Shown here piece after piece: positions 47,460 to 59,400 of a stretch of DNA of 64,000 nucleotides. The notes under the pieces were generated by a model. The model made no database searches. It saw only the letters and a list, made by a program, of their open reading frames with translations, and was not told where the DNA came from. The position numbers were made by a program, and so were the translations under genes. Each line of letters opens with the position of its first letter. Positions within the stretch are counted from its first letter, which is position 1. Origin of the DNA: Mobula hypostoma (taxonomy: Eukaryota); the NCBI RefSeq assembly GCF_963921235.1, contig NC_086097.1, forward strand, positions 30,754,001-30,818,000, given 5' to 3'.

Positions 47460-50400
47460 GCGGGAGAGGGAGAGAGAGGAGTGGGGGGTGAGAGAGAGGG
47501 AGGGAGAGAGAGGAAGAAAGGGGTGAGAGAGGAGAGTGAAGAAGTGGGTTGTGAGAGAGAGAGGAAGGAGTGAGGGAGAGGGGCAAGAGAGATGGAGAGA
47601 GGAAGGTGGTGAGAGAGAGGAAATGAGAGAGAAGAGGTGGTGAGATAGTGGGGGAGAGGAAGAAGGAAGTGAGAGAGAGGAAGGGGGTGAGGGAGAGAGA
47701 AGAAAAGGAGAGAGAGCAGAGGGGGTGAGAGAGAGGGGAAGGGGGGGTGTGAGAGAGGAAGAAGGGTTTGAGAGAGAGGAAGAGGGGTGAGAGAGGGGTG
47801 AGAGAGAGAGGGAGGGGTGAGAGAGAGAGAAGGGTGAGAGAGAGGAAGAGGGCTGAGAGAGAGGGAGAGGGGTGAGAGAGAGGAAGAGGGGTTTGAGAGA
47901 GATGAAGAGGGGTGAGAGAGATGAAGAGGGGTGAGAGAGATGAAGAGGGGTGAGAGAGAGGGAGGGGTGAGAGAGAGGAAGGGGGGGTGTGAGGGAGGAA
48001 GAGGGTGAGAGAGGGGTGAGAGAGAGAGGAAGAGGAGGGTGAGAGAGGAAGAGGACAGTGAGAGAAAGGAAGAGGGAGTGAGAGAGAGGAAGAGGGGGTG
48101 AGAGAGAGGAAGAGGGGGTGAGAGAGGGGTGAGAGAGAGAGAGGAAGAGGGGTGAGAGGGAGAGGAAGAGGGGTGAGAGGGAGAGGAAGAGGGGTGAGAG
48201 AGAGGGAGGGGTGAGAGAGAGGGAGGGGTGAGAGAGACGAAGAGGGGTGAGAGAGAGGAAGAGGGGTGAGAGAGAGGGAGGGGTGAGAGAGAGGGAAGGG
48301 TGAGAGAGAGAGGAAGCGGGGAGAGAGAGAGGAAGAGGGGAGAGAGAGAGGAAGAGGGGTGAGAGAGAGGAAGAGGGGTGAGAGAGAGGGAGGGGTGATA
48401 GAGAGGAAGAGGGGTGATAGAGAGAGGAAGAGGGGTGACAGAGAGGAAGATTTGAGAGAGAGGAAGAGGGTGAGAGAGAGGGGTGAGAGAGAGAGAGAGG
48501 AAGAGGGATGAGAGAGAGAGGAAGAGGGGTGAAAGAGAGAGGAAGAGGGGTGAAAGAGAGGGAGAGAGGTGAGAGAGAGGGAGGAGAGAGGAAGAGGGGT
48601 GAGAGGAAGAGGGGTCAGAGAGAGGGAGGGGTGACAGAGGAGGGAGGGGTGAGAGAGAGGGGGAGGGGTGAGAGAGAGAGGGGAGGGGTGAGAGAGAGGG
48701 GGAGGGGTGAGAGGAAGAAGGGAGAGAGAGAGGAAGAGGGGTGACAGAGAGAGGAAGAGGGGTGACAGAGAGAGAAAGAGGGGTGAGAGAGAGAGGAAGA
48801 GGGGTGACAGAGAGAGGAAGAGGGGTGAGAGAGAGGGTGAGAGAGAGGGGTGAGAGAGAGGGAGGGGTGAGAGAGAGAGAGGAAGAGGAGTGAGAGAGAG
48901 GGAGGGGTGAGAGAGAGGTAGAGGGGTGATAGAGAGAAGAAGAGGGGAGAGAGAGAGGAAGAGTGGTGAGAGAGAGAGGAAGAGGGGTGAGAGAGAGAGG
49001 AAGAGGGGAGAGAGAGAGAGGAAGAGGGGTGACAGAGAGAGGAAGAGGGGAGAGAGAGAGGGAGAGAGAGAGGAAGAGGGGTGAGAGAGACGAAGAGGGG
49101 TGAGAGAGAGAGGAAGAGCAGTGAGAGAGAAGAAGAGGGGTGAGAGAGAGGGAAGAGGGGTGAGAGAGGGTGAGGGGTGAGAAAGGGGGAGGGTTGAGAG
49201 AGAGGGAGGGGTGTGAGAGAGGGAAGGGTGAGAGAGAGAGGACGAGGGGTGAGAGAGGAAGAGGGGTGAGAGAGAGGAAGAGGTGAGAGAGAGAGGAAGA
49301 GGTGAGAGAGAGAGGAAGAGGGGAGAGAGAGAGGAAGAGAGAGGAAGAGGGGTGAGAGAGGGTGAGAGAGTGGAAGAGGGGTGAGAGAGAGGAAGAGGGG
49401 TGAGAGAGAGGGGGAGGAGAGAGAGAGGGGAGGAGAGAAAGAGGGAGCGGTGAGAGAGAGGAAGGGGTGAGAGAGAGGGACGGGTGAGAGAGAGAGGGAC
49501 GGGTGAGAGAGAGAGGAAGAGGGGTGAGAGAGAGGGAGAGGGATGAGAGAGAGGGAGCGGTGAGAGAGAGGGAGGGGTGAGAGAGAGAGAGAGGAAGAGG
49601 GGTGAGAGAGTGGGAAGGGTGTAAGAGAGGGAGGGGTGAGAGAGAGGGAAGGGTGAGAGAGAGAGGAAGAGGGGAGAGAGAGAGGAAGAGGGGTGAGAGA
49701 GAGGAAGAGGGGTGATAGAGAGAGGAAGAGGGGAGAGAGAGAGGGAGGGGTGAGAAAGAGAGAGGAAGAGGGGTGACAGAGAGAGGAAGAGGGGTGACAG
49801 AGAGAGGAAGAGGGGTGACAGAGAGAGGAAGAGGGATTTGAGAGAGAGGAAGAGGGTGAGAGAGAGGGGTGAGAGAGAGGGAGGGGTGAGAGAGAGAGAG
49901 GAAGAGGGGTGAGAGAGAGGGAGGGTGTGAGAGAGGGAGGGGTGAGAGAGAGGGAAGGGTGAGAGAGAGAGGAAGAGGGGAGAGAGAGAGGAAGAGGGGT
50001 GAGAGAGAGGAAGAGGGGTGAGAGAGAGGAAGAGGGGTGAGAGAGAGGGAGGGGTGATAGAGAGGAAGAGGGGTGAGAGAGAGGAAGAGGGGAGAGAGAG
50101 AGGAAGGGGTGAGAGAGAAGGAGGTGTGAGAGAGAGAGGAAGAGGGGTGACAGAGAGAGGAAGAGGGATTTGAGAGAGAGGAAGAGGGATGAGAGAGAGA
50201 GGAAGAGGGGTGAAAGAGAGAGGAAGACGGGTGAGAGAGAGGAAGAGGGGTGAGAGAGAGGGAGAGAGGTGAGAGAGAGGGAGGGGAGAGGAAGAGGGGT
50301 GAGAGGAAGAGGGGTCAGAGAGAGGGAGGGGTGACAGAGGGGGAGGGGTGAGAGAGAGGGGGAGGGGTGAGAGAGAGGGGAGGGGTGAGAGAGAGGGGGA

Positions 50401-53400
50401 GGGGTGAGAGAGAGAGGAAGAGGGGTGAGAGAGAGAGGAAGAGGGGTGAGAGAGAGGAAGAGGGGTGAGAGAGAGGAAGAGGGGTGAGAGAGAGAGGAAG
50501 AGGGGTGAGAGAGAGGGAGGGGTGAGAAAGAGAGAGGAAGAGGGGTGACAGAGAGAGGAAGAGGGGAGAGAGAGAGGAAGAGGGGAGAGAGAGAGGAAGA
50601 GGGGAGAGAGAGAGAGGAAGAGGGGAGAGAGAGAGAGGAAGAGGGGTGAGAGAGAGAGGAAGAGCAGTGAGAGAGAAGAAAAGGGGTGAGAGAGAGGAAG
50701 AGGGGTGAGAGAGAGAGGAAGAGGGGTGAGAGGGGGAGGGGTGAGAAAGGGGGAGGGGTGAGAGAGAGGGAGGGTGTGAGAGAGGGAGGGGTGAGAGAGA
50801 GGGAAGGGTGAGAGAGAGAGGAAGAGGGGGAGAGAGAGAGGAAGAGGGGTGAGAGAGAGGAAGAGGGGTGAGAGAGAGGAAGAGGGGTGAGAGAGAGGGA
50901 GGGGTGATAGAGAGGAAGAGGGGTGAGAGAGAGGAAGAGGGGAGAGAGAGAGGAAGGGGTGAGAGAGAGGGAGGTGTGAGAGAGAGAGGAAGAGGGGTGA
51001 CAGAGAGAGGAAGAGGGATTTGAGAGAGAGGAAGAGGGATGAGAGAGAGAGGAAGAGGGGTGAAAGAGAGAGGAAAACGGGTGAGAGAGAGGAAGAGGGG
51101 TGAGAGAGAGGGAGAGAGGTGAGAGAGAGGGAGGGGAGAGGAAGAGGGGTGAGAGGAAGAGGGGTGAGAGAGAGGGAGGGGTGACAGAGGGGGAGGGGTG
51201 AGAGAGAGGGGGAGGGGTGAGAGAGAGGGGAGGGGTGAGAGAGAGGGGGAGGGGTGAGAGAGAGAGGAAGAGGGGTGAGAGAGAGAGGAAGAGGGGTGAG
51301 AGAGAGGAAGAGGGGTGAGAGAGAGGAAGAGGGGTGAGAGAGAGAGAGGAAGAGGGGTGAGAGAGAGGGAGGGGTGAGAAAGAGAGAGGAAGAGGGGTGA
51401 CAGAGAGAGGAAGAGGGGAGAGAGAGAGGAAGAGGGGAGAGAGAGAGGAAGAGGGGAGAGAGAGAGAGGAAGAGGGGAGAGAGAGAGAGGAAGAGGGGTG
51501 AGAGAGAGAGGAAGAGCAGTGAGAGAGAAGAAAAGGGGTGAGAGAGAGGAAGAGGGGTGAGAGAGAGAGGAAGAGGGGTGAGAGGGGGAGGGGTGAGAAA
51601 GGGGGAGGGTTGAGAGAGAGGGAGGGGTGTGAGAGAGGGAAGGGTGAGAGAGAGAGGACGAGGGGTGAGAGAGGAAGAGGGGTGAGAGAGAGGAAGAGGT
51701 GAGAGAGAGAGGAAGAGGGGAGAGAGAGAGGAAGAGAGAGGAAGAGGGGTGAGAGAGAGGAAGAGGGGTGAGAGAGGGTGAGAGAGTGGAAGAGGGGTGA
51801 GAGAGAGGAAGAGGGGTGAGAGAGAGGGGGAGGAGAGAGAGAGGGGGAGGGAGAGAGAGAGGGAGCGGTGAGAGAGAGGGAGCGGTGAGAGAGAGGGAGG
51901 GGTGAGAGAGAGAGAGAGGAAGAGGGGTGAGAGAGTGGGAGGGGTGTGAGAGAGGGAGGGGTGAGAGAGAGGAAGAGGGGTGAGAGAGAGGAAGAGGGGT
52001 GAGAGAGAGGGAGGGGTGAGAGAGAGGGAGTGGTGATAGAGAGGAAGAGGGGTGATAGAGAGAGGAAGAGGGGAGAGAGAGAGGGAGGGGTGAGAAAGAG
52101 AGAGGAAGAGGGGTGACAGAGAGAGGAAGAGGGATTTGAGAGAGAGGAAGAGGGTGAGAGAGAGGGGTGAGAGAGAGGGAGGGGTGAGAGAGAGAGAGGA
52201 AGAGGGGTGAGAGAGGGGGGGGTGAGAGAGAGGGAGGGTGTGAGAGAGGGAGGGGTGAGAGAGAGGGAAGGGTGAGAGAGAGAGGAAGAGGGGAGAGAGA
52301 GAGGAAGAGGGGAGAGAGAGAGGAAGAGGGGTGAGAGAGAGGGAGGGGTGATAGAGAGGAAGAGGGGTGAGAGAGAGGAAGAGGGGAGAGAGAGAGAGAG
52401 AGGGGTGAGAGAGAGGAAGGGGTGAGAGAGAGGGAGGTGTGAGAGAGAGAGGAAGAGGGGTGACAGAGAGAGGAAGAGGGATTTGAGAGAGAGGAAGAGG
52501 GATGAGAGAGAGAGGAAGAGGGGTGAAAGAGAGAGGAAGAGGGGTGAGAGAGAGGAAGAGGGGTGAGAGAGAGGGAGAGAGGTGAGAGAGAGGGAGGGGA
52601 GAGGAAGAGGGGTGAGAGGAAGAGGGGTCAGAGAGAGGGAGGGGTGACAGAGGGGGAGGGGTGAGAGAGAGGGAGGGGTGAGAGAGAGGGAAGGGTGAGA
52701 GAGAGAGAGAGGAAGGGTGAGAGAGAGAGAGGAGGAAGGGTGAGAGAGAGAGAGGAAGAGGGGTGAGAGAGAGGAAGAGGGGTGAGAGAGAGGAAGAGGG
52801 GTGAGAGAGAGAGGAAGAGGGGTGAGAGAGAGAGGAAGAGGGATTTGAGAGAGAGGAAGAGGGTGAGAGAGAGGGGTGAGAGAGAGGGAGGGCTGAGAGA
52901 GAGAGAGGAAGAGGGGTGAGAGAGAGGGAGGGGTGTGAGAGAGGGAGGGGTGAGAGAGAGGGAAGGGTGAGAGAGAGAGGAAGAGGGGAGAGAGGGAGGA
53001 AGAGGGGTGAGAGAGGAAGAGGGGTGAGAGAGGAAGAGGGGTGAGAGAGAGGGAGGGGTGATAGAGAGGAAGAGGGGTGATAGAGAGAGGAAGAGGGGTG
53101 ATAGAGAGAGGAAGAGGGGAGAGAGAGAGGAAGTGGGGGAGAGAGAGAGGAAGAGGGGTTTGAGAGAGAGGAAGAGGGGTGAGAGAGAGAGGAAGAGGGG
53201 TGAGAGAGAGGAAGAGGGGTGAGAGAGAGAGGAAGAGGGGAGAGAGAGAGGAAGAGGGGAGAGAGAGGAAGAGGGGAGAGAGAGAGAGGGGTGAGAGAGA
53301 GGAAGTGGTGAGAGAGAGGGAGGTGTGAGAGAGAGAGGAAGAGGGGTGACAGAGAGAGGAAGAGGGATTTGAGAGAGAGGAAGAGGAAGAGGGTGAGAGA

Positions 53401-56400
53401 GAGAGAGGAAGAGGGATGAGAGAGAGAGGAAGAGGGGTGAAAGAGAGAGGAAGAGGGGTGAGAGAGAGGGAGAGAGGTGAGAGAGAGGAAGAGGGGTGAT
53501 AGAGAGAGGAAAAGGGGAGAGAGAGAGGAAGAGGGGTGAGAAAGAGGAAGAGGGCTGAGAGAGAGGGGGTGAGAAAGAGGAAGAGGGGTGAGAAAGAGGA
53601 AGAGGGGTGAGAGAGAGGTAGGGGTGAGAGAGGAAGAGGGGTGAGAGAGGGGGAGGGGTGAGAGAGGGGGAGGGGTGAGAGAGAGGGAGGAGTGTGAGAG
53701 AGGGAGGGGTGTGAGAGAGGGAAGGGGGAGAGAGAGGGAGAGAGGTGAGAGAGGGAGGGGTGTGAGAGAGGGAAGGGTGGGAGGAAGAAGGGAGAGAGAG
53801 AGGAAGAGGGGAGAGAGAGAGGAAGAGGGGAGAGAGAGAGGAAGGGTGAGAGAGAGAGAGGAAGAGGGGTGAGAGAGAGGAAGAGGGGTGATAGAGAGAA
53901 GAAGAGGGGAGAGAGAGAGAGGAAGAGGGGTGAGAGAGAGGAAGAGTGGTGAGAAAGACGAAGAGGAGTGAGAGAGAGGAAGAGCAGTGAGAGAGAAGAA
54001 AAGGGGTGAGAGAGTGGAAGAGGGGTGAGAGAGAGGGAGAGGTGAGAGAGAGGGAGGGGTGAGAGAGAGGAAGACGGGTGAGAGAGAGGGAGGGGTGTGA
54101 GAGAGGGAGGGGTGAGAGAGAGGGAGGGGTGAGAGAAAGGAAAGGGTGAGAGAGAGAGGAAGAGGGGAGAGAGAGAGTAAAAGGGGAGAGAGAGAGGAAG
54201 AGGGGTGAGAGAGAGGAAGAGGGGTGAGAGAGAGGGAGGGGTGATAGAGAGGAAGAGGGGTGAGAGAGGGGAAGGGGTGAGAGAGGGGGAGGGGTGAGAG
54301 AGAGGGAGGAGTGTGAGAGAGGGAAGGGTGTGAGAGAGCGAAGGGGGAGAGAGAGAGGAAGAGGGGTGAGAGAGAGGGAGGGGTGATAGAGAGGAAGAGG
54401 GGTGATAGAGAGAGGAAGAGGAGAGAGAGGAAGAGGGGTGAGAAAGAGGAAGAGGGGTGAGAGAGAGGGGGTGAGAAAGAGGAAGAGGGGTGAGAGAGAG
54501 GCAGGGGTGAGAGAGGAAGAGGGGTGAGAGAGGGGGAGGGGTGAGAGAGAGGGAGGGGTGTGAGAGAGGGGAAGAGGGGAGAGAGAGAGGAAGAGGGGTG
54601 AGAGAAAGGAAGGGGGAGAGAGAGAGGAAGAGGGGGGAGAGAGAGAGGAAGAGGGGACAGAGAGAGAGAGGAAGAAGGGTGAGAGAGAGGGAGGGGAGCG
54701 AGAGGGAGGGGTGAGAGAGAAGGAGGGCTGAGAGAGAGGGAGGGGTGAGAGAGAAGGAGGGCTGAGAGAGAGGGAGGGGTGAGAGACAAAGAGGGGTGAG
54801 AGGTGAGAGAGAGGAAGAGGGGTGAGAGAGAGGGAGGGGTGAGAAAGAGGCAGAGGGGTCAGAGAGGAAAAGGTGAAAGAGAGGAAGAGGGGTGAGAGAG
54901 ACGAAGCGGGGTGAGAGAGACGAAGAGGGGTGAGAGAGAGGAAGAGCAGTGAGAGAAGAAAAGGGGTGAGAGAGGGGGAGGGGTGAGAGAGAGGAAGAGG
55001 GGTGAGAGAGAGGAAGAGGGGTGAGAGAGGAAGAGGGGTGAGAGAGGGGGAGGGGTGAGAGAGAGGGAGGGGTGTGAGAGAGGGGTGAGAGAGAGAGGAA
55101 GAGGGGAGAGAGAGAGGAAGAGGGGGAGAGAGAGAGGAAGAGGGGTGAAAGAGAGGGAGGGGTGAGAAAGAGGAAGAGGGGTGAGAGAGAGAGGAAGAGG
55201 GGAGAGAGAGAGGAAGAGGGGAGAGAGAGAGGAAGAGGGGTGAGAGAGAGAGGAAGAGGGGTGAGAGAGATGAAGAGGGGTGAGAGAGAGAGGAAGAGGG
55301 GTGAGAGAGATGAAGAGGGGTGAGAAAGATGAAGAGGGGTGAGAGAGAGAGGAAGAGCAGTGAGAGAGAAGAAAAGGGGTGAGAGAGAGGAAGAGGGGTG
55401 AGAGGGAGAGGAAGAGGGGTGAGAGGGGGAGGGGTGAGAAAGGGGGAGGGGTGAGAGAGAGGGAGGGTGTGAGAGAGGGAAGGGTGAGAGAGAGAGGAAG
55501 AGGGGAGAGAGAGAGGAAGAGAGAGGAAGAGGGGTGAGAGAGAGGAAGAGGGGTGAGAGAGGGTGAGAGAGTGGAAGAGGGGTGAGAGAGAGGAAGAGGG
55601 GTGAGAGAGAGGGGGAGGAGAGAGAGAGGGAGCGGTGAGAGAGAGGGAGGGGTGAGAGAGAGGGAGGGGTGAGAGAGAGGGACGGGTGAGAGAGAGAGGA
55701 AGAGGGGTGAGAGAGATTGAGAGGGGTGAGAGAGAGGGAGGGGTGAGAGAGGAAGAGGGGTGAGAGAGGGGGAGGGGTGAGAGAGAGGGAGGGGTGTGAG
55801 AGAGGGAAGGGTGAGAGAGAGAGGAAGAGGGGAGAGAGAGAGGAAGAGGGGAGAGAGAGAGGAAGAGGGGGGAGAGAGAGAGGAAGAGGGGTGAGAGAGA
55901 GGGAGGGGTGAGAAAGAGGAAGAGGGGTGAGAGACAGAGGAAGAGGGGTGAGAGAGAGAGGAAGAGGGGTGAGAGAGAGAGGAAGAGGGGTGAGAGAGAG
56001 GAAGAGGGGAGAGAGAGAGGAAGGGGGGAGAGAGAGAGGAAGAGGGGTGAGAGAGAGAGGAAGAGGGGTGAGAGAGACGAAGAGGGGTGAGAGAGAGCGG
56101 AAGAGCAGTGAGAGAGAAGAAAAGGGGTGAGAGAGAGGAAGAGGGGTGAGAGAGAGGGAGGGGTGTGAGTGAGGGAAGGGTGAGAGAGAGAGGACGAGGG
56201 GTGAGAGAGAGGAAGAGGGGTGAGAGAGAGGAAGAAGGGTGAGAGAGAGGGAGGGGTGAGAGAGAGGAAGAGGGGTGAGAGAGAGGGAGGGGAGAGGGAG
56301 AGGGAGCGGTGAGAGAGAGAGGAAGAGGGGTGAGAGAGAGGAAGAGGGGTGAGAGAGAGGGAGGGGTGAGAGAGAGAGGGGTGAGAAAGAGGAAGAGGGG

Positions 56401-59400
56401 TGAGAAAGAGGAAGAGGGGTGAGAGAGAGAGGAAGAGGGGTTTGAGAGAGAGGAAGAGGGGTGAGAGAGAGAGGAAGAGGGGTGAGAGAGACGAAGAGGG
56501 GTGAGAGAGACGAAGAGGGGTGAGAGAGACGAAGAGGGGTGAGAGAGAGAGGAAGAGCAGTGAGAGAGAAGAAAAGGGGTGAGAGAGAGGGAGGGGTGAG
56601 AGAGAGGAAGAGGGGTGAGAGAGAGAGGGGTGAGAGAGAGGGAGGGGTGAGAGAGAGAGGGGTGAGAAAGAGGAAGAGGGGTGAGAGTTAGGAAGAGGGG
56701 TTTGAGAGAGAGGAAGAGGGGTTTGAGAGAGAGGAAGAGGGGTGAGAGAGACGAAGAGGGGTGAGAGAGAGAGGAAGAGCAGTGAGAGAGAAGAAAAGGG
56801 GTGAGAGAGAGGGAGGGGTGAGAGAGAGGAAGAGGGGTGAGAGAGAGGAAGAGGGGTGAGAGAGAGAGGAGGGGTGAGAGAGAGGAGGGGTGAGAGAGAG
56901 GAGGGGTGAGAGAGAGGAGGGGTGAGAGAGAGAGGAGGGGTGAGAGAGAGAGAGGAAGAGGGGAGAGAGAGAGGAAGAGGGGTGAGAGAGAGGGAGGGGT
57001 GATAGAGAGGAAGAGGGGTGATAGAGAGAGGAAGAGGGGAGAGAGAGGGGAAGAGGGGTGAGAGAGAGGAAGAGGGGTGAGAGAGAGGAAGAGGGGTGAG
57101 AGAGAGGAAGAGGGGTGAGAGAGAGGGAGGGGTGAGAGAGAGGGAGGGGTCTGAGAGAGGGAGGGGTGTGAGAGAGGGAGGGGTGAGAGAGAGGGTTGAG
57201 AGAGAGGAAGAGGGGAGAGAGAGAGTAAAAGGGGAGAGAGGAAGAGGGGTGAGAGAGAGGAAGAGGGGTGAGAGAGAGGGAGGGGTGATAGAGAGGAAGA
57301 GGGGTGATAGAGAGAGGAAGAGGGGAGAGAGAGAGAAAGAGGGGTGAGAAAGAGGAAGAGGGGTGAGAGAGAGGGGGTGCGAAAGAGGAAGAGGGGTGAG
57401 AGAGAGGGAGGGGTGAGAGAGAGGGAGGGGTGTGAGAGAGGGGAAGAGGGGAGAGAGAGAGGAAGAGGGGAGAGAGAGAGGAAGAGGAGAGAGAGGAAGA
57501 GGGTGAGAGAGAGGGAGAGGAGCGAGAGGGAGGGGTGAGAGAGAGGGAGGGCTGAGAGAGAAGGAGGGCTGAGAGAGAGGGAGGGGTGAGAGAGAGGAAG
57601 AGGGGTGAGAGAGGGTGAGAGAGTGGAAGAGGGGTGAGAGAGAGGAAGAGGGGTGAGAGAGAGGGAGGGGAGAGAGAGAAGGAGCAGTGAGAGAGAGGGA
57701 GCGGAGAGAGAGAGGGAGGGGTGAGAGAGAGGGGGAGGGGTGAGAGAGGGAGAGGGGTGAGAGAGAGGGGGAGGGGTGAGAGAGGGAGAGGGGTGAGAGA
57801 GAGGGAGAGGGGTGAGAGAGAGGGAGAGGGGTGAGAGAGAGGAGGGGTGAGAGAGAGAGGAAGAGGGGTGAGAGAGAGGAAGGGGGGAGAGAGAGAGGAG
57901 GAAGAGAGGGGAGAGAGAGAGAGAGAGAGGAAGAGGGTGAGAGAGACGAAGAGGGGTGAGAGAGAGCGGAAGAGCAGTGGAGAGAAGAAAAGGGGTGAGA
58001 GAGAGGAAGAGGGGTGAGAGAGAGGGAGGGGTGAGAGAGAGGAAAGGGGTGAGAGAGAGAGGAGAGGGGGTGAGAGAGAGAAGAGGGGTGAGAGAGAGGA
58101 AGAGGGGTGAGAGAGAGGGGAGGGGTGAGAGAGAGGAGGGGTGAGAGAGAGGAGGGGTGAGAGAGAGGGAAGAGGGGAGAGAGAGGAAGAGGGGGAGAGA
58201 GAGAGGGAGGGGTGAAAGAGAGGGAGGGGTGAGAGGAAGAGGGGTGAGAGAGAGAGGAAGAGGGGAGTGAGAGAGGAAGAGGGGGAGAGAGAGAGGAAGA
58301 GGGGTGAGAGAGACGAAGAGGGGTGAGAGAGACGAAGAGGGGAGAGAGAGAGGGTGAGTGAGAGAGAAGAAAAGGGGTGAGAGAGAGGAAGAGGGGGAGA
58401 GAGAGAGGAAGAGGGGTGAGAGAGAGAGGAAGAGGGGTGAGAGAGGGGTAGGAGTGAGAAAGGGGGAGGGGTGAGAAAGGGGGAGGGTTGAGAGAGGGCG
58501 GGGTGTGAGAGAGGGAAGGGTGAGAGAGAGGACGAGGGGTGAGAGAGGAAGAGGGGTGAGAGAGAGGAAGAGGTGAGAGAGAGAGGAAGAGGGGAGAGAG
58601 AGAGGAAGAGGGGTGAGAGAGAGGAAGAGGGGTGAGAGAGAGGAGGAGGGGTGAGAGAGAGGGAGGGGTGAGAGAGAGGAAGAGGGGTGAGAGAGAGAGG
58701 TGGGGTTACAGAGAGAGAGGGGTGAGAGAGGTGAGGGGAGAGAGAGAGGAGGGGTGAGAGAGAGGAGAGGGTGCGTGAGAGAGAGGAGAGAGAGGGTGAG
58801 AGAGAGGGAGAGGGGTGAGAGAGAGGGAGGGGTGAGAGAGGGGGGAGAGAGAGGGGAGGGGTGAGAGAGAGGGAGGGGTGTGAGAGAGGGAAGGGTGAGA
58901 GAGAGAGGAAGAGGGGAGAGAGAGAGGAAGAGGGGAGAGAGAGAGGAAGAGCGGTGAGAGAGAGGAAGAGGGGTGAGAGAGAGAGGGGTGAGAAGAGGAA
59001 GAGGGGTGAGAGAGAGGAAGAGGGGTGAGAGAGAGAGGAAGAGGGGTGAGAGAGAGAGAAAGAGGGGTGAGAGAGAGAGGAAGAGGGGTGAGAGAGAGGA
59101 AGAGGGGTGAGAGAGAGGAAGAGGGGTGAGAGAGAGAGGAAGAGGGGTGAGAGAGAGAGGGAGGGGTGAGAGAGAGAGAGGGAGGGAGAGGGGTGAGAGA
59201 GAGAGGGTGAGAGAGAGGAGAGGGGTGAGAGAGAGGAAGAGGGGTGAGAGAGAGGAGAGAGGGGGAGAGAGAGAGGAGAGGGGTGAGAGAGAGGAAGAGG
59301 GGTGAGAGAGAGGAAGAGGGGTGAGAGAGAGAGGAGGGGTGAGAGAGAGAGGAGGGGTGAGAGAGAGGAAGAGGGGTGAGAGAGAGAGGAAGAGGGGTGA

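Noticed and set aside
47452..54789. 2445-aa minus-strand ORF rich in S/L/P/H
   Set aside because: The C/T-rich satellite strand almost cannot form TAA/TAG/TGA; the product is a translation of the repeat with no domain or credible start.
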